This document shows positions 62,929 through 64,000 of a stretch of 64,000 bases of DNA, in pieces. The translations under genes were made by a program, and so were the position numbers. The notes below the pieces were generated by a model, which saw only the letters and a program-made list of their open reading frames with translations, had not been told where the DNA came from and did not search any database. The stretch spans positions 1,760,001 through 1,824,000 of the forward strand of contig CBDBHB010000009.1 in the NCBI GenBank assembly GCA_965205505.1, given 5' to 3'. This stretch comes from Acidobacteriota bacterium. GTDB lineage: Bacteria; Acidobacteriota; UBA890; WLXD01. Numbering within the stretch: the stretch's first letter is position 1; every line of letters starts with the position of its first letter.

Positions 62929-63965
62929 ATGGACGGGAGGGTGACCGAGGGAACGATCGCCGAGCAAGCGCGCGTCGAGAAGAGCAAGCTCAAGAAGGTC
63001 ATGGGGCCCCGCGACCTGGGCTTGGGCTTCCTCACCTGGGTCAACTACGGCTCGGCAACCGAATTCTCGCCGAGCACCGTGACCCCCACCTTCGGTGGAC
63101 TCTCCGACCTCATCCTGCTCGCGGCGGTTGCCTACGCGTTTGCTGGCCTCGAGGCGGCATCGGTGATGAGCGAAGAGGTGCAGGACCCCAGGCGCAACGT
63201 CCCCCGAGCGCTCGCCATCGCCGGTGTGATGGTGCTCGGCGTATATATCCTCATTTCCTGGACGATGATGACGGTGCTCCCGGCAGATCAGATCACGGGT
63301 CTGACGGGGCTGACCGACACCGCTCGAGTCGCCGGAACGAGGCTGGTCGGCGCCACGATGGGCGGCGTATTGGGCTCGCTGGTAGCACTCTGCCTCTGCC
63401 TCGCGGCGTTCGGAACGGTCAGCGCCTGGATGGCGACCTGCGCGCGGGTACCGTTCGCCGCCGGGCTCGACGGCTACCTACCGGCCGCCTTCGGAACCCT
63501 GCACCCGAAGTACGCTACCCCGCACGTGTCGGTGATCACGCTCGGCCTCGCCACGGCGGGGTTGATCATCCTCGGTAGCATGGGAGGCACCGCGCAGCAG
63601 ATCTATCGCATTTTCGTCAGCCTCGAGATCGTCACCTACTTCATCCCCCCTACATGTACATGTTCGCGGCGCTGCTCGTCATGCAGCGGCACCCGGTAGC
63701 GGAAGGTGTCCAGCGCGCGCCGTTCGCGCCCTATGGCGCCTACTTCGCCGGCGGTACGGGCTTTGTGGTAACCGCTGCGTCGCTGATCTTCGCCCTCATC
63801 CCGAGCGAGAGCGTCGCTGACCCGACGTTCTTCTACATCACCGTCTTCGGAACGCTGGCGGTGTTGACGATCGTCGGGGTGGGCTTGTACGTCAACGGCA
63901 AGTCGCGGCGGCAGCGTCTGGAGGCAGCTGCCCGGATCCAAGGGAGTAGCCGCCACGCGAGGTAA
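62929..63965 (+). pseudogene. APC amino acid permease with an internal deletion and a frameshift near 63650
   Basis: LKKVMG.RDL joined to mid-protein AFAGLE..EEV.DP; HPKY.TP. Confidence 0.75.
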
Positions 63966-64000
63966 CCGGTCCACCGCGACTACCTTCTTCCCGTCGCTAG

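Noticed and set aside
1-64000. CRISPR arrays, tRNA/rRNA genes (including selC), prophage
   Set aside because: No repeat-spacer arrays, structural RNA signatures or phage genes were recognized by eye.

Overview
GC-rich bacterial window, probably Acidobacteriota-like (inferred from a GWxTD protein, PadR plus permease N-terminus, a PQQ/BamB-like propeller and a membrane Ser/Thr kinase). It is a mosaic accessory region with many frameshifted, truncated or internally deleted genes. Contents: hemY, fpr, ALDH, a CusCBA-like RND efflux operon, a thiaminase I homolog, argR-argG-argH, a PhnDCE-type ABC transporter behind a di-heme cytochrome c peroxidase-like gene, several amine/amino-acid catabolic clusters and one IS3 element. 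The main result is two probable selenoprotein genes that the ORF track splits at in-frame TGA codons. (1) An exported heavy-metal-associated (HMA) protein at 23833-24390 whose GMTCxxC motif reads GMT-TGA-GL-TGA (UxxU), in an operon with an outer-membrane beta-barrel, an NHL-repeat protein and a second HMA-like protein. (2) A thioredoxin-like SPT-U-PV-C protein at 9419-10054 with a SECIS-like hairpin, directly upstream of a MerA/glutathione-reductase-type flavoprotein. Together they suggest a selenium-dependent envelope metal-handling system. All family calls come from motif recognition by eye, not from database searches.
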